From: a bacterium | Lineage (GTDB): Bacteria > Patescibacteriota > Minisyncoccia > UBA6257 > JAGOQP01 | Assembly: GCA_021814695.1 (NCBI GenBank) | Contig: JAKAHY010000004.1 | Coordinates: 24,481-88,480, forward strand | DNA length: 64,000 bases | Direction of reading: 5' to 3' | Shown: positions 1 to 9,728 of the stretch, one piece after another | Layout: each line of letters opens with the position of its first letter | How positions within the stretch are numbered: position 1 is the stretch's first letter | Notes under the pieces: model-generated | The model's input: the letters and a program-made list of their open reading frames with translations, nothing else | Database searches by the model: none | Told to the model about the DNA's origin: nothing | Translations under genes and position numbers: made by a program

Positions 1-158
1 TCTTTTGCGAAGTTGTTGTTGACTCCTATAGTAACCACACCGGAGTCGTCATTTTTTTCAACAAGGCGGCTGTTTTGAAACCACGTAAGAAAATTTGGTT
101 TGGAAATTTGAAGTTCCACATCAGCAAGTGTTTTTTCCCACAATTTTTTGAGATCCAT
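1..158 (-). CDS. dnaA: Chromosomal replication initiator DnaA, 5' part (runs off window)
   Basis: Manual translation from ATG at 158: MDLKKLWEKTLADVELQISKPNFLTWFQNSRLVEKNDDSGVVTIGVNNNFAK, a DnaA domain I pattern (LW..L...F.TWF...N.F); divergent from rpmH. Confidence 0.93.
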   Translation of the reverse strand, partial: MDLKKLWEKTLADVELQISKPNFLTWFQNSRLVEKNDDSGVVTIGVNNNFAK

Positions 159-245
159 AAATTAAATTTGAGCTATTTTTTAAAGCGTGGTTTCTAAGGT
201 TTTCGAGTTGAGACTATTCTAAACAAAACAGAGCGTAAATGAAAG

Positions 246-272
246 TGTGGAAAAATAGGGTGGTGTGAATAA
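246..272 (-). promoter_or_regulatory. Two DnaA boxes upstream of dnaA (probable oriC or dnaA autoregulation region)
   Basis: TGTGGAAAA 246-254 (=TTTTCCACA, 1 mismatch) and TGTGAATAA 264-272 (=TTATTCACA); AT-rich flanks; downstream genes mostly on + strand. Confidence 0.65.
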
Positions 273-365
273 GGTGTTAATAATTTTTTTGAGCGGCTGT
301 TGCACTTACTACAAATCAGGAGTAGGATTTTGTCCAGCCCCTTCTTATAACCAAAAGGAGAAAAT

Positions 366-923
366 GTGGGAAGAAGAAGTTCTCAACACCACAGGCTTCC
401 ACGAAGCCGTTGTGCGGAATTTGGTCTGGATCCGGACGACCCCCGAAATACAATTGTGCGGGATGATAAAAAACATCGTGCCTATCATGAACTACTTGGA
501 AACAAAACACCAGAAGAAGCCATAAAGTACCTGTTCCTGGAGTGGTTCTCTCCAATATCGTATTTTGAACCGAAGTTCTTGAAAAACGAGCACTTGAGGA
601 ATTTTTTTCAGCAAGTTTGGGATGAGAGAATTATTGAGGGGTCGGTTTTATCGCATTTTTTCTGTAAAAAATGCGGAGGAAGGATCATTGAGAGCCAGAA
701 GCTGGCACAAATTAAGGTTTTTAATTGTGAACAATGCGGTGATTTTGAGTGTTTTTCGTGCATGATTTGTCTAAAACCGGGACAGATTGTGGTTGATAAG
801 GACCCAAACCTGTATCTTTGTAATTCTTGTATGACGGGTTTTATCAAAAAGAAAACCCGACTTCCAAAAAGGTTTAAGAAATACGCCCACATAATCTGGA
901 AAATCTGGATTAATTCCCAATAG
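366..923 (+). CDS. Orphan protein: HNH-like N-terminus plus Cys-rich zinc-finger C-terminus
   Basis: GTG start 5 nt after AAGGAG (355-360); HHRLPRSR..N..KHRAYHELLGNKTPEEAI; CKKC, CEQC, CFSCMIC, CNSC. Confidence 0.7.
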   Translation: MGRRSSQHHRLPRSRCAEFGLDPDDPRNTIVRDDKKHRAYHELLGNKTPEEAIKYLFLEWFSPISYFEPKFLKNEHLRNFFQQVWDERIIEGSVLSHFFCKKCGGRIIESQKLAQIKVFNCEQCGDFECFSCMICLKPGQIVVDKDPNLYLCNSCMTGFIKKKTRLPKRFKKYAHIIWKIWINSQ

Positions 924-947
924 AACAACAACGAAGTTAATCGATAA

Positions 948-972
948 GCGGCCCTCAAAGGCCACTTTTTGT
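948..972 (+). terminator. Intrinsic terminator after the 366-923 ORF
   Basis: GCGGCC-ctcaaa-GGCCAC followed by TTTTT; flanking AACAACAA/TTGTTGTT can also pair. Confidence 0.6.
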
Positions 973-992
973 TGTTTTAAAACGACCAGAGA

Positions 993-1021
993 TTGATTTT
1001 AGCCGATACTTCTGGTAGTCT
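993..1021 (+). promoter_or_regulatory. Sigma70-type promoter for rpmH (probably leaderless transcript)
   Basis: TTGATT-17 nt-TAGTCT (TGn-extended), ATG 7 nt downstream. Confidence 0.55.
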
Positions 1022-1028
1022 CGGTGAT

Positions 1029-1163
1029 ATGTCCAGAACATATCAGCCAAAAAAAGTAAAACGGAACAGAACGCACGGGTTTTTGGAGCGGGCAAGAACC
1101 GCCACGGGCAGAAGAGTCCTTTCTCGAAGGCGTGCCAAGGGAAGAAAAAAACTCTCCGTTTAG
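1029..1163 (+). CDS. rpmH: 50S ribosomal protein L34 (absent from ORF track)
   Basis: [44 protein letters not shown]. Confidence 0.97.
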   Translation: MSRTYQPKKVKRNRTHGFLERARTATGRRVLSRRRAKGRKKLSV

Positions 1164-1200
1164 TATTAATAAACGAATCTTGGACAGTTGAGTCATAAAC

Positions 1201-1533
1201 ATGCTGGCAAAAAAATACCGACTTCCAAGCTCTTTTTTTGAAAGATCAGAAAAGGAAAAGGCGCATCTTATCAGAACATCGGACAAAACGCTTTTTTCGG
1301 TAAAGATTTTTTCTTCTCCGCATGCATATGCGAGATTTGCCGCAGTTGCATCCAATGCCCGGTTTAAGAAAGCGAATCTCCGCAACAAAGCAAGAAGAAA
1401 AGTGTATGAAGCTATTCGTACAACGGATATCTATAAAACAAAAAAAATCGACTGTGTTATTTATTTAAAATCAGCGATTCTGGAGGCGGATGAAAAAATA
1501 ATCCAATTAGAACTAAAAAATATTCTGAAATAA
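1201..1533 (+). CDS. rnpA: Ribonuclease P protein component
   Basis: MLAKKYRL start, KKANLRNKARR (RNR motif), position after rpmH. Confidence 0.9.
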   Translation: MLAKKYRLPSSFFERSEKEKAHLIRTSDKTLFSVKIFSSPHAYARFAAVASNARFKKANLRNKARRKVYEAIRTTDIYKTKKIDCVIYLKSAILEADEKIIQLELKNILK

Positions 1534-1537
1534 AAAA

Positions 1538-2257
1538 ATGGTATCTCTTTTCAACGAAATATTATACAGACCGTTACTAAACCTACTGTTTTTAATATAC
1601 AACTCTACAGTTGCGGATTTGGGAATCGCAATTATTATTTTAACGATCGTTATCCGATTGGTGCTGCTTCCTCTTTTCTACAAAAGCGCCAAAGACCAGA
1701 CAATAATCCAAAAAATAACCCCGCGCATAAAAGAGCTTCAGAAAATTCATAAAGAAAACAAAGAAAAACAGGTTGAAGAAATAATGAAAGTTTATAAAGA
1801 GCATAAAGTTAACCCGTTTTCAGGTTTTCTTTTGCTTATTATTCAACTTCCGATATTGATAGCTCTTTACCAGGTTTTTCTAAAAGGTTTTTCAAAAAAT
1901 GTTTTATCTCAACTTTACTCGTTTGTTCCGGCCCCAGCTTCAATTCACACTATGTTTTTGGGAGTTGTCGATCTGAATATGCGGAACGTTTGGATTGTTG
2001 TTTTGGCGGGAATTTTTCAATATTTGCAGACAAAACTCATGATGGTTGTGGCAAAAACGAAGGTTGGAGATCAGGATAAAACCGTAGATATGGCCGCAAA
2101 AATGCAAAAAAATCTTATGATAATGGGACCTTTTTTGACGGTTGTTATTCTATATTCTTTGCCGGCAGCTGTAGGAATATATTGGCTGACAACTTCTGTT
2201 TTTTCGGTTATTCAACAGATAGTAATAAATAAAAAAATTGCCAAAAATGAACAATGA
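1538..2257 (+). CDS. yidC: Membrane protein insertase YidC/Oxa1
   Basis: GIAIIILTIVIRLVLLPL, NPFSGFLLLIIQLPILIALY, LPAAVGIYW; synteny. Confidence 0.95.
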   Translation: MVSLFNEILYRPLLNLLFLIYNSTVADLGIAIIILTIVIRLVLLPLFYKSAKDQTIIQKITPRIKELQKIHKENKEKQVEEIMKVYKEHKVNPFSGFLLLIIQLPILIALYQVFLKGFSKNVLSQLYSFVPAPASIHTMFLGVVDLNMRNVWIVVLAGIFQYLQTKLMMVVAKTKVGDQDKTVDMAAKMQKNLMIMGPFLTVVILYSLPAAVGIYWLTTSVFSVIQQIVINKKIAKNEQ

Positions 2258-2681
2258 CGCCAAAGAAACAATCGAGAGTTTGATAAAATTAATGGGCTTT
2301 AATGATTTTGCAGTTTCTTACATTGAAGACTCCAGACGTTTTTTGATATTCATAAACGACGCTCCTTTCCTGCAGCGTTTTTTGCCTCAATTTATTTCCG
2401 ATCTCGAATTTGTGGTGAAAATGATTTTTAATAAAAAAAATATCGACATAGCTTTTATTGATATCAACAATTACCGTAAAGACAGGGAGGATCTTATTAT
2501 AAAACTTGCCAAAGCCGCCGCAAAAAAAGCTTCGGTAACTAAAAAAGAAGTTTCACTCCCCGCAATGAACGCTTATGAAAGAAGAATCATACATTCTGAG
2601 TTGTCGCTTCATCCGGATTTGAAGACAGAAAGTTCGGGAGAAGGAAAACAGCGTCACGTTATAATCAAGCCCATAGAATAG
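2247..2681 (+). CDS. jag: Jag/EloR-like R3H RNA-binding protein
   Basis: DINNYRKDRE, LPAMNAYERRIIHSEL, SSGEGKQRHVII; follows yidC. Confidence 0.88.
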   Translation: MNNDAKETIESLIKLMGFNDFAVSYIEDSRRFLIFINDAPFLQRFLPQFISDLEFVVKMIFNKKNIDIAFIDINNYRKDREDLIIKLAKAAAKKASVTKKEVSLPAMNAYERRIIHSELSLHPDLKTESSGEGKQRHVIIKPIE

Positions 2682-2715
2682 AGAAGCGCACAAGACACAA
2701 AAATAGTGGAACAAA

Positions 2716-2748
2716 AAAATAAGAACCGGTATTGCCGGTTCTTATTTT
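2716..2748. terminator. Bidirectional terminator between jag and the EamA gene
   Basis: 14-bp perfect stem AAAATAAGAACCGG/CCGGTTCTTATTTT between convergent genes. Confidence 0.8.
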
Positions 2749-3590
2749 ATAACTTCGGCGACGACTATTGATGACACAATAATGCAGAAAGCTATGAATT
2801 TTTTTACCTCAAATTTCTCCTTCAAAAGAAAAACGGAAGCAAAATAAACCAACAGCGGTTGCAATGAGAGAACTAAAATTGTGAACACGACTCCGGACTG
2901 CTGGTAACTGAAAAAATAATATATCCACCCGACGGTAGAAACGGCATTAGTGGCGATAAGCAACAACATTGTTTTATAGTCAACCATTTTCAAATAACGG
3001 ATATAAAAGAAAAGCATCACCATCATAACCAATCCTCCGCGAACAAATTCAAGCGATATCGGGTTCCAGGTAAAAAGAAATTGTTTTGAGATTACCGCGC
3101 CGAAAGGCAAGACAATCAGAGACCAGGCGGCATAGACGGCTTCTTTTTTAGACACCGAAAGCCGTCCTTTTTTATAATGGGCGGCAACCAAAACTCCGAC
3201 CGAAACCAGCGCCAAAATCAATGTAAGAGGCGAGCGTTCGCTGATAAAAAACAATCCCACAACCAAGACCGACGGAATATTGCTCAACAATCCGATGGTG
3301 TATGTTTCGGAAAGGGATTCTTTTCCCAATAATTTGTAATAAAAAACATTGGCGCCGACGATTATTACAAGATCAATGGCCAAAAGCAGAATGGTTGCGT
3401 TCGTAAACAGGCCGACCCCCAAAGGCGGGCTAAATAGGATCAAAAGCAGGGCATTAACAACAAACACCATCGGAAAGCTGTAAGCCATATAAGTTTCGTA
3501 AGACAGCTTTCTTTTTGAAAGGATTATTTTATCCACCACAGCGCTAGCTGCCTGTAAAATTGTCGCCGCCAGAGGCAGTAAAAGATTCAT
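2742..3590 (-). CDS. EamA/DMT family transporter
   Basis: About 10 TM segments, two-repeat layout, LQPLLVYFASVFLLKEK motif. Confidence 0.8.
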   Translation of the reverse strand: MNLLLPLAATILQAASAVVDKIILSKRKLSYETYMAYSFPMVFVVNALLLILFSPPLGVGLFTNATILLLAIDLVIIVGANVFYYKLLGKESLSETYTIGLLSNIPSVLVVGLFFISERSPLTLILALVSVGVLVAAHYKKGRLSVSKKEAVYAAWSLIVLPFGAVISKQFLFTWNPISLEFVRGGLVMMVMLFFYIRYLKMVDYKTMLLLIATNAVSTVGWIYYFFSYQQSGVVFTILVLSLQPLLVYFASVFLLKEKFEVKKFIAFCIIVSSIVVAEVIK

Positions 3591-3608
3591 AAGGGGTTGT
3601 TTTGGAGT

Positions 3609-6044
3609 TTATTTCATACTGCCCCACCGTTTTCCCATTTTACAGTCAACTTTAATGGGTACCTCAAGTTCAAACGCCGAATCCATAATTTTTTTAATTT
3701 CTTTAACCGCTAAACTATCTTTCTCTTTTTCCAGAAGGGAATCGTCGACTTCAAAAATAAGTTCGTCGTGAATGGAGAGAATCATTTTTATTTCCGAAGA
3801 AAAGTTTTTCCGGATATATTTTTCGGTTTTTATCATTGCTAATTTTAAAATATCCGCCGCCAGACTTTGGCTGGGCATATTTTTTGCGGCACGTTCGGCT
3901 TCGGATGAAAATCTCTGGTCGGTTGAATTGATTTGATGGACGTCCCTGAAACGGCCATTAATATTTTTGGCGATGCCGTCTTTTCGCGCTTGAGCCAAAA
4001 CTTTTTTATCCCATTCTTTTACAGCCGAGAACTCTTCAAAATATCTTTTGATAAATTCCTTGGCTTGATCGGGAGGGATGCCGGCATTTTGCGAAAATGC
4101 CCTAAATCCCATTCCGTACATAATTCCGAAATTTAAGGTTTTTGCCAAACGTCTCATTTGGGGCGTGACGTTCTCTTTAGAAACTTTGAATATTTTTTCG
4201 GCGGTAGCGGCATGGATATCTTTCCCGTTGCGGAAAGCCTCCGTCATATTTTTATCTCCGGTAAGAGACGCAAGGACTCTGAGCTCAATTTGAGAATAAT
4301 CGAAAGAAACAAGTGTGTGATTTTTTGGAGCAGTAAAAATATCTCTGATTTTTGATGCCCAGTCGGATTCGGCCGGAATGTTCTGAAGATTGGGGTTTTG
4401 GCAGGAAAGCCGTCCGGTGGCGGCCCCGAGTTGGAGGAACGTGGGATGGATTCTTCCGTCCGAAGAAACCAGTTTTTTGAAAGAATCGGTGTAGGTTGTT
4501 TTAAGTTTAAAAAGCTCCCGATAGTCCAATAAAACGTCAAAAATAGGCAGTGGATTTTTTTCTTTCGCCTTGGTAATCGATTCAGCCGAGGTGGAGTTTA
4601 TTTTTAAATTAAGTTGGGTTTGAAAATATTCCAGGAGCTGCTTGGGGGAGTTGGGATTAATGTGCCGGCCGATAATTTTAGCCAGTTTATCTTCGGCTTT
4701 TTTGACGGCTTGGCCCAACTCGCCATCAACCGAATTAAGTGTTTTTTGGTCAATTAAGACTCCGTTTTGTTCCATTTGGGCGATAACCGGAAGCAAGGGC
4801 ATTTCTATTTCATACATTATTTTATGAAGTCCCTTTTCCTCTATTTTTTTTGAGACCCAAGGATAGGCGCGCTGGTCAAACTCCGACTGAGGGAGACTCT
4901 CTTTGAATATTTTTTGGGACGCCTCTTCAAAATCATCCACGGTTATTCCCAAAAGTTTTAAGGCAATATCAATATCGAACAATGGAGGCGCAATTGGCCT
5001 TATTTTATAAAGATCCTTAAGGTTGTACCCGATTTTGATTTTGCCGGAGGAGATGTCTGTTTCGGCCAAAGATTCTATTGAGGCGGAAGTTATGACAATA
5101 AAATCCGAAGGTACGGATGTTTTTGGAAAAATTTCAACCTGTCTGGAATCAGTTTCCGGATCGGGCGCTTCTTTTTTGGAGCTCTCGGAAACATATCCGA
5201 TTCGTTTCAAAATGCTGGAAAAATCGTTTTCCGTTAAATAATCGGATAATATTTTTTTGTCGGGAGAAAATTCGATTTCTTTGAGAGTGACTTTAATCGG
5301 AATATCTCTGATTATTGTTACCAACTCTCGTGACATGAGCGCCGACTGTTTGTTTGAGATTATTTTTTCGAACGATTTTTCTTTCTGTCCGGTGTTTAAA
5401 AAATTTTCCAGAGTTTTGTATTTCTTTAGGATGTCGGATGCGGTTTTTGGTCCCACGTTCGGAACTCCCGGAACGTTGTCGGAAGCGTCTCCTACCAGCG
5501 CCTTATAGTCAATAAGTTGGTTTGAGGTTATTCCATAACGGTCGATAACGGCTTGTTCGTCGTAAATAATCGTGTCCGATATTCCTTTCCGGAAAGTTTC
5601 CACATTAACTTTGTTATCTTCAACTAATTGGAGCGAGTCCAAATCGCCCGTGAGTATGAGTACTTTAATATTTTTTTCTTTTTTGAATTTTTCGGCCAAA
5701 GTTCCTATAAGGTCATCGGCCTCGTATCCTATCTGGTCGAAAGTTTTTATTGAAAAACTTTCAAAAAGTTTTCTGGCATTGATTATCTGGCTGACGAGCT
5801 CATCGGGCGCTTTCGGGCGCTGAGCTTTATATCCGGAATATTTTTCTTTACGGAACGTCGGCTCAGGACGGTCAAAGCAAGCAGCTGCATATTCCGGTTT
5901 TTGAGAGCGTAAAATTTTAAGGAGTATATTTGAAACGCCGAAAAGTGCTCCAACAGGTTCTCCTTTGGGATTTGTCAGAGGAGGCAGCGCGTGGTAACAG
6001 CGATGGATGAGCGAATTGGCATCTATGAGTAGCAGGGTTTTCAT
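3609..6044 (-). CDS. polA: DNA polymerase I (5'-3' exonuclease + polymerase; middle domain shortened)
   Basis: LLLIDANSLIHRCYHA, EADD, TGRLSCQNPNLQNIP, DYSQIELR, AKTLNFGIMYG, IHDEL. Confidence 0.97.
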   Translation of the reverse strand: MKTLLLIDANSLIHRCYHALPPLTNPKGEPVGALFGVSNILLKILRSQKPEYAAACFDRPEPTFRKEKYSGYKAQRPKAPDELVSQIINARKLFESFSIKTFDQIGYEADDLIGTLAEKFKKEKNIKVLILTGDLDSLQLVEDNKVNVETFRKGISDTIIYDEQAVIDRYGITSNQLIDYKALVGDASDNVPGVPNVGPKTASDILKKYKTLENFLNTGQKEKSFEKIISNKQSALMSRELVTIIRDIPIKVTLKEIEFSPDKKILSDYLTENDFSSILKRIGYVSESSKKEAPDPETDSRQVEIFPKTSVPSDFIVITSASIESLAETDISSGKIKIGYNLKDLYKIRPIAPPLFDIDIALKLLGITVDDFEEASQKIFKESLPQSEFDQRAYPWVSKKIEEKGLHKIMYEIEMPLLPVIAQMEQNGVLIDQKTLNSVDGELGQAVKKAEDKLAKIIGRHINPNSPKQLLEYFQTQLNLKINSTSAESITKAKEKNPLPIFDVLLDYRELFKLKTTYTDSFKKLVSSDGRIHPTFLQLGAATGRLSCQNPNLQNIPAESDWASKIRDIFTAPKNHTLVSFDYSQIELRVLASLTGDKNMTEAFRNGKDIHAATAEKIFKVSKENVTPQMRRLAKTLNFGIMYGMGFRAFSQNAGIPPDQAKEFIKRYFEEFSAVKEWDKKVLAQARKDGIAKNINGRFRDVHQINSTDQRFSSEAERAAKNMPSQSLAADILKLAMIKTEKYIRKNFSSEIKMILSIHDELIFEVDDSLLEKEKDSLAVKEIKKIMDSAFELEVPIKVDCKMGKRWGSMK

Positions 6045-6087
6045 AAAACAATTGTATCATACCGAAGGCCGTCTTTTGCCTTTTTAC

Positions 6088-6096
6088 TTATCCACA
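6088..6096 (+). promoter_or_regulatory. Perfect DnaA box in the polA divergent intergenic region
   Basis: TTATCCACA. Confidence 0.5.
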
Positions 6097-6161
6097 CATC
6101 AATTTTTGTTTTAACGTGCTATACTTTTTAAAAAGGCCAATATTTGTCTAAATTTTTTTAT

Positions 6162-7340
6162 ATGGACAACAATCCCAATCCGTATCAGTTTCAAGGTCAA
6201 AATTCACAAAACCAACAAGGAGTTCCGCCTCCGCCGCCTTCTCCCGAAGCTCAAATCGGTGTCAGAAGTATGCAGTCCGATTTGGAGTCTGTAAGGCAGA
6301 GTGGTGGGGAGTCTCCGCAGTCTCAAATAATGAGCGCTCCTGAATTGTCCCAACCGGGACAATACCAGAGTCCGACGCCGGCCCAGACACAACCTCAGCA
6401 AGCGCCTTCCGAAGCACCGGCTCCGGTAGTAGAGGGGGTTCCGCCGACACCGGGATCGTCGCCTTCAAAATTTAATTTAAAAACAGTCCTTATTATAGTG
6501 GGCGGTATTATCGTTGCGATTGGAATCGGATACGGCGTCTATTATTTAGTGTCTTCTCTAGGGCAGGCACCGCAAGTAGTGACTCCTCAACCGCAAGCAT
6601 CTTTACCCATAGCCGTTCCGACAACAACGCCCGAAGTGGCCACAACAACATCGCAAGAACCTATTGTTCCGGTGGTAGCCCCGTTGGTTCACTCGTCTCT
6701 TATCTCTAACCCAACCAAAAAAGAAACCCTGACATTATCGGACACAAGCCTGGTTTCGTTTGAGGGCGCCTTGGCTACTTCTTCGGCGGAAAAATTGATC
6801 GCCGGATCAGTTAAAGATTTGGCCTTTGTTGATGCCAGTGGAACTCCTATAGAGTCCTCGGCTGTTATAGGGGCTTACTTCGCGCCACAAGCTTTTTCTC
6901 TCAATTCTCTTTTTGAAAGAGACTTTACTTCTTGGCTTTATTACGACAAAACCGGAGGTGCTAAGCTGGGGATGATATTTGAACTTAAGTCCGCCGTTGC
7001 TTTACCTCAAGCCTCCTCAACTGTTCAAGCCGCTCTTGAGAGTATTGCCTCAAACATTTCATCGTTCTTTATTTCAAATCCACCGACGCCATCGGATGTC
7101 ACTTTCAAAGACGGCGCCGTGAGCGGGGTTCCGGTAAGATTTTTGGTGTATTCTTCAAAAAATGCCGAAGCGTTTGAGTATGGGTGGTTTAGTATCGGGA
7201 CGAATAATTATCTTGTTATAGGAACCTCATACAATCAGATGGTGGATATTATAAAGCGCCTTAAAGCAATTCCGGTGGTTTCTACTCCGCCCGCAACCGG
7301 AACCACAACAACGTCCACCCCTAACCCAATGACTCCTTAA
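6162..7340 (+). CDS. Membrane-anchored hypothetical protein with Pro/Gln-rich N-terminus
   Basis: Low-complexity N-terminus, one TM (TVLIIVGGIIVAIGIGYGVYYLV), extracellular domain; ATG 6162 preferred over TTG 6144. Confidence 0.75.
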   Translation: MDNNPNPYQFQGQNSQNQQGVPPPPPSPEAQIGVRSMQSDLESVRQSGGESPQSQIMSAPELSQPGQYQSPTPAQTQPQQAPSEAPAPVVEGVPPTPGSSPSKFNLKTVLIIVGGIIVAIGIGYGVYYLVSSLGQAPQVVTPQPQASLPIAVPTTTPEVATTTSQEPIVPVVAPLVHSSLISNPTKKETLTLSDTSLVSFEGALATSSAEKLIAGSVKDLAFVDASGTPIESSAVIGAYFAPQAFSLNSLFERDFTSWLYYDKTGGAKLGMIFELKSAVALPQASSTVQAALESIASNISSFFISNPPTPSDVTFKDGAVSGVPVRFLVYSSKNAEAFEYGWFSIGTNNYLVIGTSYNQMVDIIKRLKAIPVVSTPPATGTTTTSTPNPMTP

Positions 7341-7345
7341 TCTAT

Positions 7346-7690
7346 ATGATAAATCAAGAAAAAAAAGAACAAATTAAAAAACGCCTGGAGGATACGAAAT
7401 TATCTCTTGAGGCCGAAATAAAAAAATTAGAGACGCCGGTTGATGTCGGAGATTTTCCGGGAGAGGATGACAATACCGATGAATCCACGGCAACATTCAA
7501 TCAACGTTCGGCAGCCGCGTCTTTGCGTGAAGTGCTGACTAATACGGAAGCGGCGATTTCAAAGTTGGATAAGGGGACATATGGAATTTGCGAAGATTGT
7601 GGCGAAGAAATTTCCCAAGGCTTACTCGAAGTTGCTCCAGAAACCAGACTTTGTCAGAGTTGCAACAAGAAAAACGTCGTTAAAACTTAA
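7346..7690 (+). CDS. TraR/DksA C4-type zinc finger protein
   Basis: Coiled coil followed by GTYGICEDCGEEI...PETRLCQSC. Confidence 0.9.
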   Translation: MINQEKKEQIKKRLEDTKLSLEAEIKKLETPVDVGDFPGEDDNTDESTATFNQRSAAASLREVLTNTEAAISKLDKGTYGICEDCGEEISQGLLEVAPETRLCQSCNKKNVVKT

Positions 7691-7703
7691 TGTTAAAATA
7701 ATC

Positions 7704-7731
7704 AACAGTCCCGGCCAGCGGGACTGTTTTT
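7704..7731 (+). terminator. Intrinsic terminator
   Basis: AACAGTCCCG-gccag-CGGGACTGTT plus T tract. Confidence 0.8.
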
Positions 7732-7736
7732 AAACG

Positions 7737-9272
7737 GTGATTTCAAAAATATCCAAAATATATTCCGCCGATGTAGAGGGAATAAAATCCAGAATTATTG
7801 AAGTCGAGGTTGATATAAATGTTGGTCTTTCGGCATTCACAATCGTCGGCCTTGGGGATAAGGCGGTTTCGGAAGCCAAAGAAAGAGTTTCCTCGGCTCT
7901 TAAAAATACCGGGATAAAACCGCCGACAAGAGAGAATCGCAAGATAACAGTCAATCTTGCTCCGGCCGATATCAAAAAAGTCGGGTCTCATTATGACGTG
8001 GCTATTGCGCTGGGTTATCTGTCCGCTTCGGGGCAGATAAAACCGTTTTCGTCGGAAAAGAAAATATTTGTGGGTGAACTGGCGTTAGACGGAAAAATTC
8101 GTCCGGTTGCCGGAGTTTTGAACGTATGTTGCATGGCTAAAGAAAAAGGATTTGATGAAGTATATATTCCCCAGGCAAATTCGGCGGAGGTGGCGCATCT
8201 TTCCGGAATCAAAATTTATCCGGTATTTTCATTCGGTCAAATCGTTTCACATCTGGAATCGGCGACAAGAATCAATCCTTTGACTTATACGGATTTCGAT
8301 CCAGGGCTTGGACAGGGAGGAGTAAATATATCGGAAATAAGAGGGCAACGCGCCGCGAAAAGAGCCTTGTCGATTTCTGCGGCGGGTGGACACAATATAT
8401 TTATGTCCGGACCTCCGGGGGCCGGAAAAACAATGCTTGCCCAGGCTCTCGTTTCGATACTGCCCAAACTGGAATTTCAGGAAGCTTTGGAGGCAACTCA
8501 GATTTATAGTGCGGCCGGATTGCTTCTGGATAAACCGTTTATTTCCCAGCGTCCATTTCGGTCGCCTCATCACTCGGCATCTTTAGTTTCAATTGTCGGA
8601 GGAGGACAGAATCCGAAACCCGGAGAAATCAGTTTGGCTCATAGAGGGGTACTTTTTTTGGACGAACTTCCCGAATTTCACAGAGATGTCTTGGAATCTT
8701 TGCGCCAGCCTCTTGAAAGTGGTCAGGTAGTGGTCAGCCGATCAAAAGGCAGTATAGTTTTTCCGTCAAAATTTATTCTTGCAGCGGCTTCCAACCCCTG
8801 TCCGTGCGGGTATTATCAGGACGAAGAAAAAGAGTGCACCTGCAGCGCTTACGAGGTCGTTAAATATCAAAAAAAACTTTCCGGTCCGCTTTTGGACAGA
8901 ATAGATATCCATATCTGGGTGAATCGGATAAAGTCCGATGATTTAAAGATTCCCGTAGACACGAATGAATCCGAAAGAGTTCGCGAACAAATTGAAGCGG
9001 CGCGGGCAATCCAAAGAGAAAGGTTTTTAAATCTCAAACTTCCCATTTTTTCCAATGCCGAAATGTCTTCTTCTCAGGCTGAAAAAATAATTCAGATTTC
9101 TCCCCGGGCGCGTCAGATAGCGGAAAAGGCTTTGGATAAAGCTCATGTTTCGGCGAGAGGTTATTACAAAATTTTGAAAGTGGCCCGGACAATAGCCGAC
9201 ATGGACAATGCCGGTATTGTCGACGAGAATGCCCTAAGCGAGGCGTTTTCCTACAGGACGCGCATAAGCTGA
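7737..9272 (+). CDS. comM: ComM/YifB Mg-chelatase-like AAA+ ATPase
   Basis: ITVNLAPADIKK, GPPGAGKT, PFRSPHHS, GEISLAHRGVLFLDE, NPCPCG. Confidence 0.95.
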   Translation: MISKISKIYSADVEGIKSRIIEVEVDINVGLSAFTIVGLGDKAVSEAKERVSSALKNTGIKPPTRENRKITVNLAPADIKKVGSHYDVAIALGYLSASGQIKPFSSEKKIFVGELALDGKIRPVAGVLNVCCMAKEKGFDEVYIPQANSAEVAHLSGIKIYPVFSFGQIVSHLESATRINPLTYTDFDPGLGQGGVNISEIRGQRAAKRALSISAAGGHNIFMSGPPGAGKTMLAQALVSILPKLEFQEALEATQIYSAAGLLLDKPFISQRPFRSPHHSASLVSIVGGGQNPKPGEISLAHRGVLFLDELPEFHRDVLESLRQPLESGQVVVSRSKGSIVFPSKFILAAASNPCPCGYYQDEEKECTCSAYEVVKYQKKLSGPLLDRIDIHIWVNRIKSDDLKIPVDTNESERVREQIEAARAIQRERFLNLKLPIFSNAEMSSSQAEKIIQISPRARQIAEKALDKAHVSARGYYKILKVARTIADMDNAGIVDENALSEAFSYRTRIS

Positions 9273-9296
9273 TGCAATTCTGGTATAATTTGTCTG

Positions 9297-9728
9297 ATGC
9301 AGGAGCGTTCAAATAAAATAGCGACCGTTGTTATGTGCATCGACTACAGATTCTGGCCGCACGTTTTGCCGATGCTTGAAAAACAATACGGAGACTTCGA
9401 TTTGATTGAAGTTGCCGGAGCGGCAAAGGGTTTGGCGTCGCCAAAAAATTCTTCCGAAAGAATAGTTTTACTCTCCAATATTAAGACATCAATATCTCTT
9501 CATCATACGGAAACAATCGTTCTTGCCAATCATCAGGACTGTGGGGCTTACGGCGGGAGTAAAAGTTTTGTTTCTCTGGGCGAAGAAATGAGATTCCATC
9601 AACGGGAACTTGGAAAGGCCAGGGATTATATAAGAAAACATTTCCCGGGGCATAAAGTTGAAACAATTTTCATATCACGGGATAATAAGGGGGTAATTTC
9701 TCTGATACCGATATCAAGTTATGAATAA
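9297..9728 (+). CDS. Beta-class carbonic anhydrase-like protein
   Basis: Zn-ligand motifs CIDYR (CxDxR) and HQDCGAY (HxxC). Confidence 0.75.
   Translation: MQERSNKIATVVMCIDYRFWPHVLPMLEKQYGDFDLIEVAGAAKGLASPKNSSERIVLLSNIKTSISLHHTETIVLANHQDCGAYGGSKSFVSLGEEMRFHQRELGKARDYIRKHFPGHKVETIFISRDNKGVISLIPISSYE

Noticed and set aside
265-525. Overlapping ORF with ATG at 364 behind the same SD, suggesting a frameshift or dual start
   Set aside because: SD spacing is only 3 nt and there are no motifs; the 366 frame is intact and carries the His/Cys motifs.
999-1388. 129-aa minus-strand ORF
   Set aside because: Antisense shadow of rpmH and rnpA.
3609-6044. Short PolA and short HolA as possible pseudogenes
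   Set aside because: Frames are uninterrupted with key motifs intact; domain trimming is consistent with a reduced genome.
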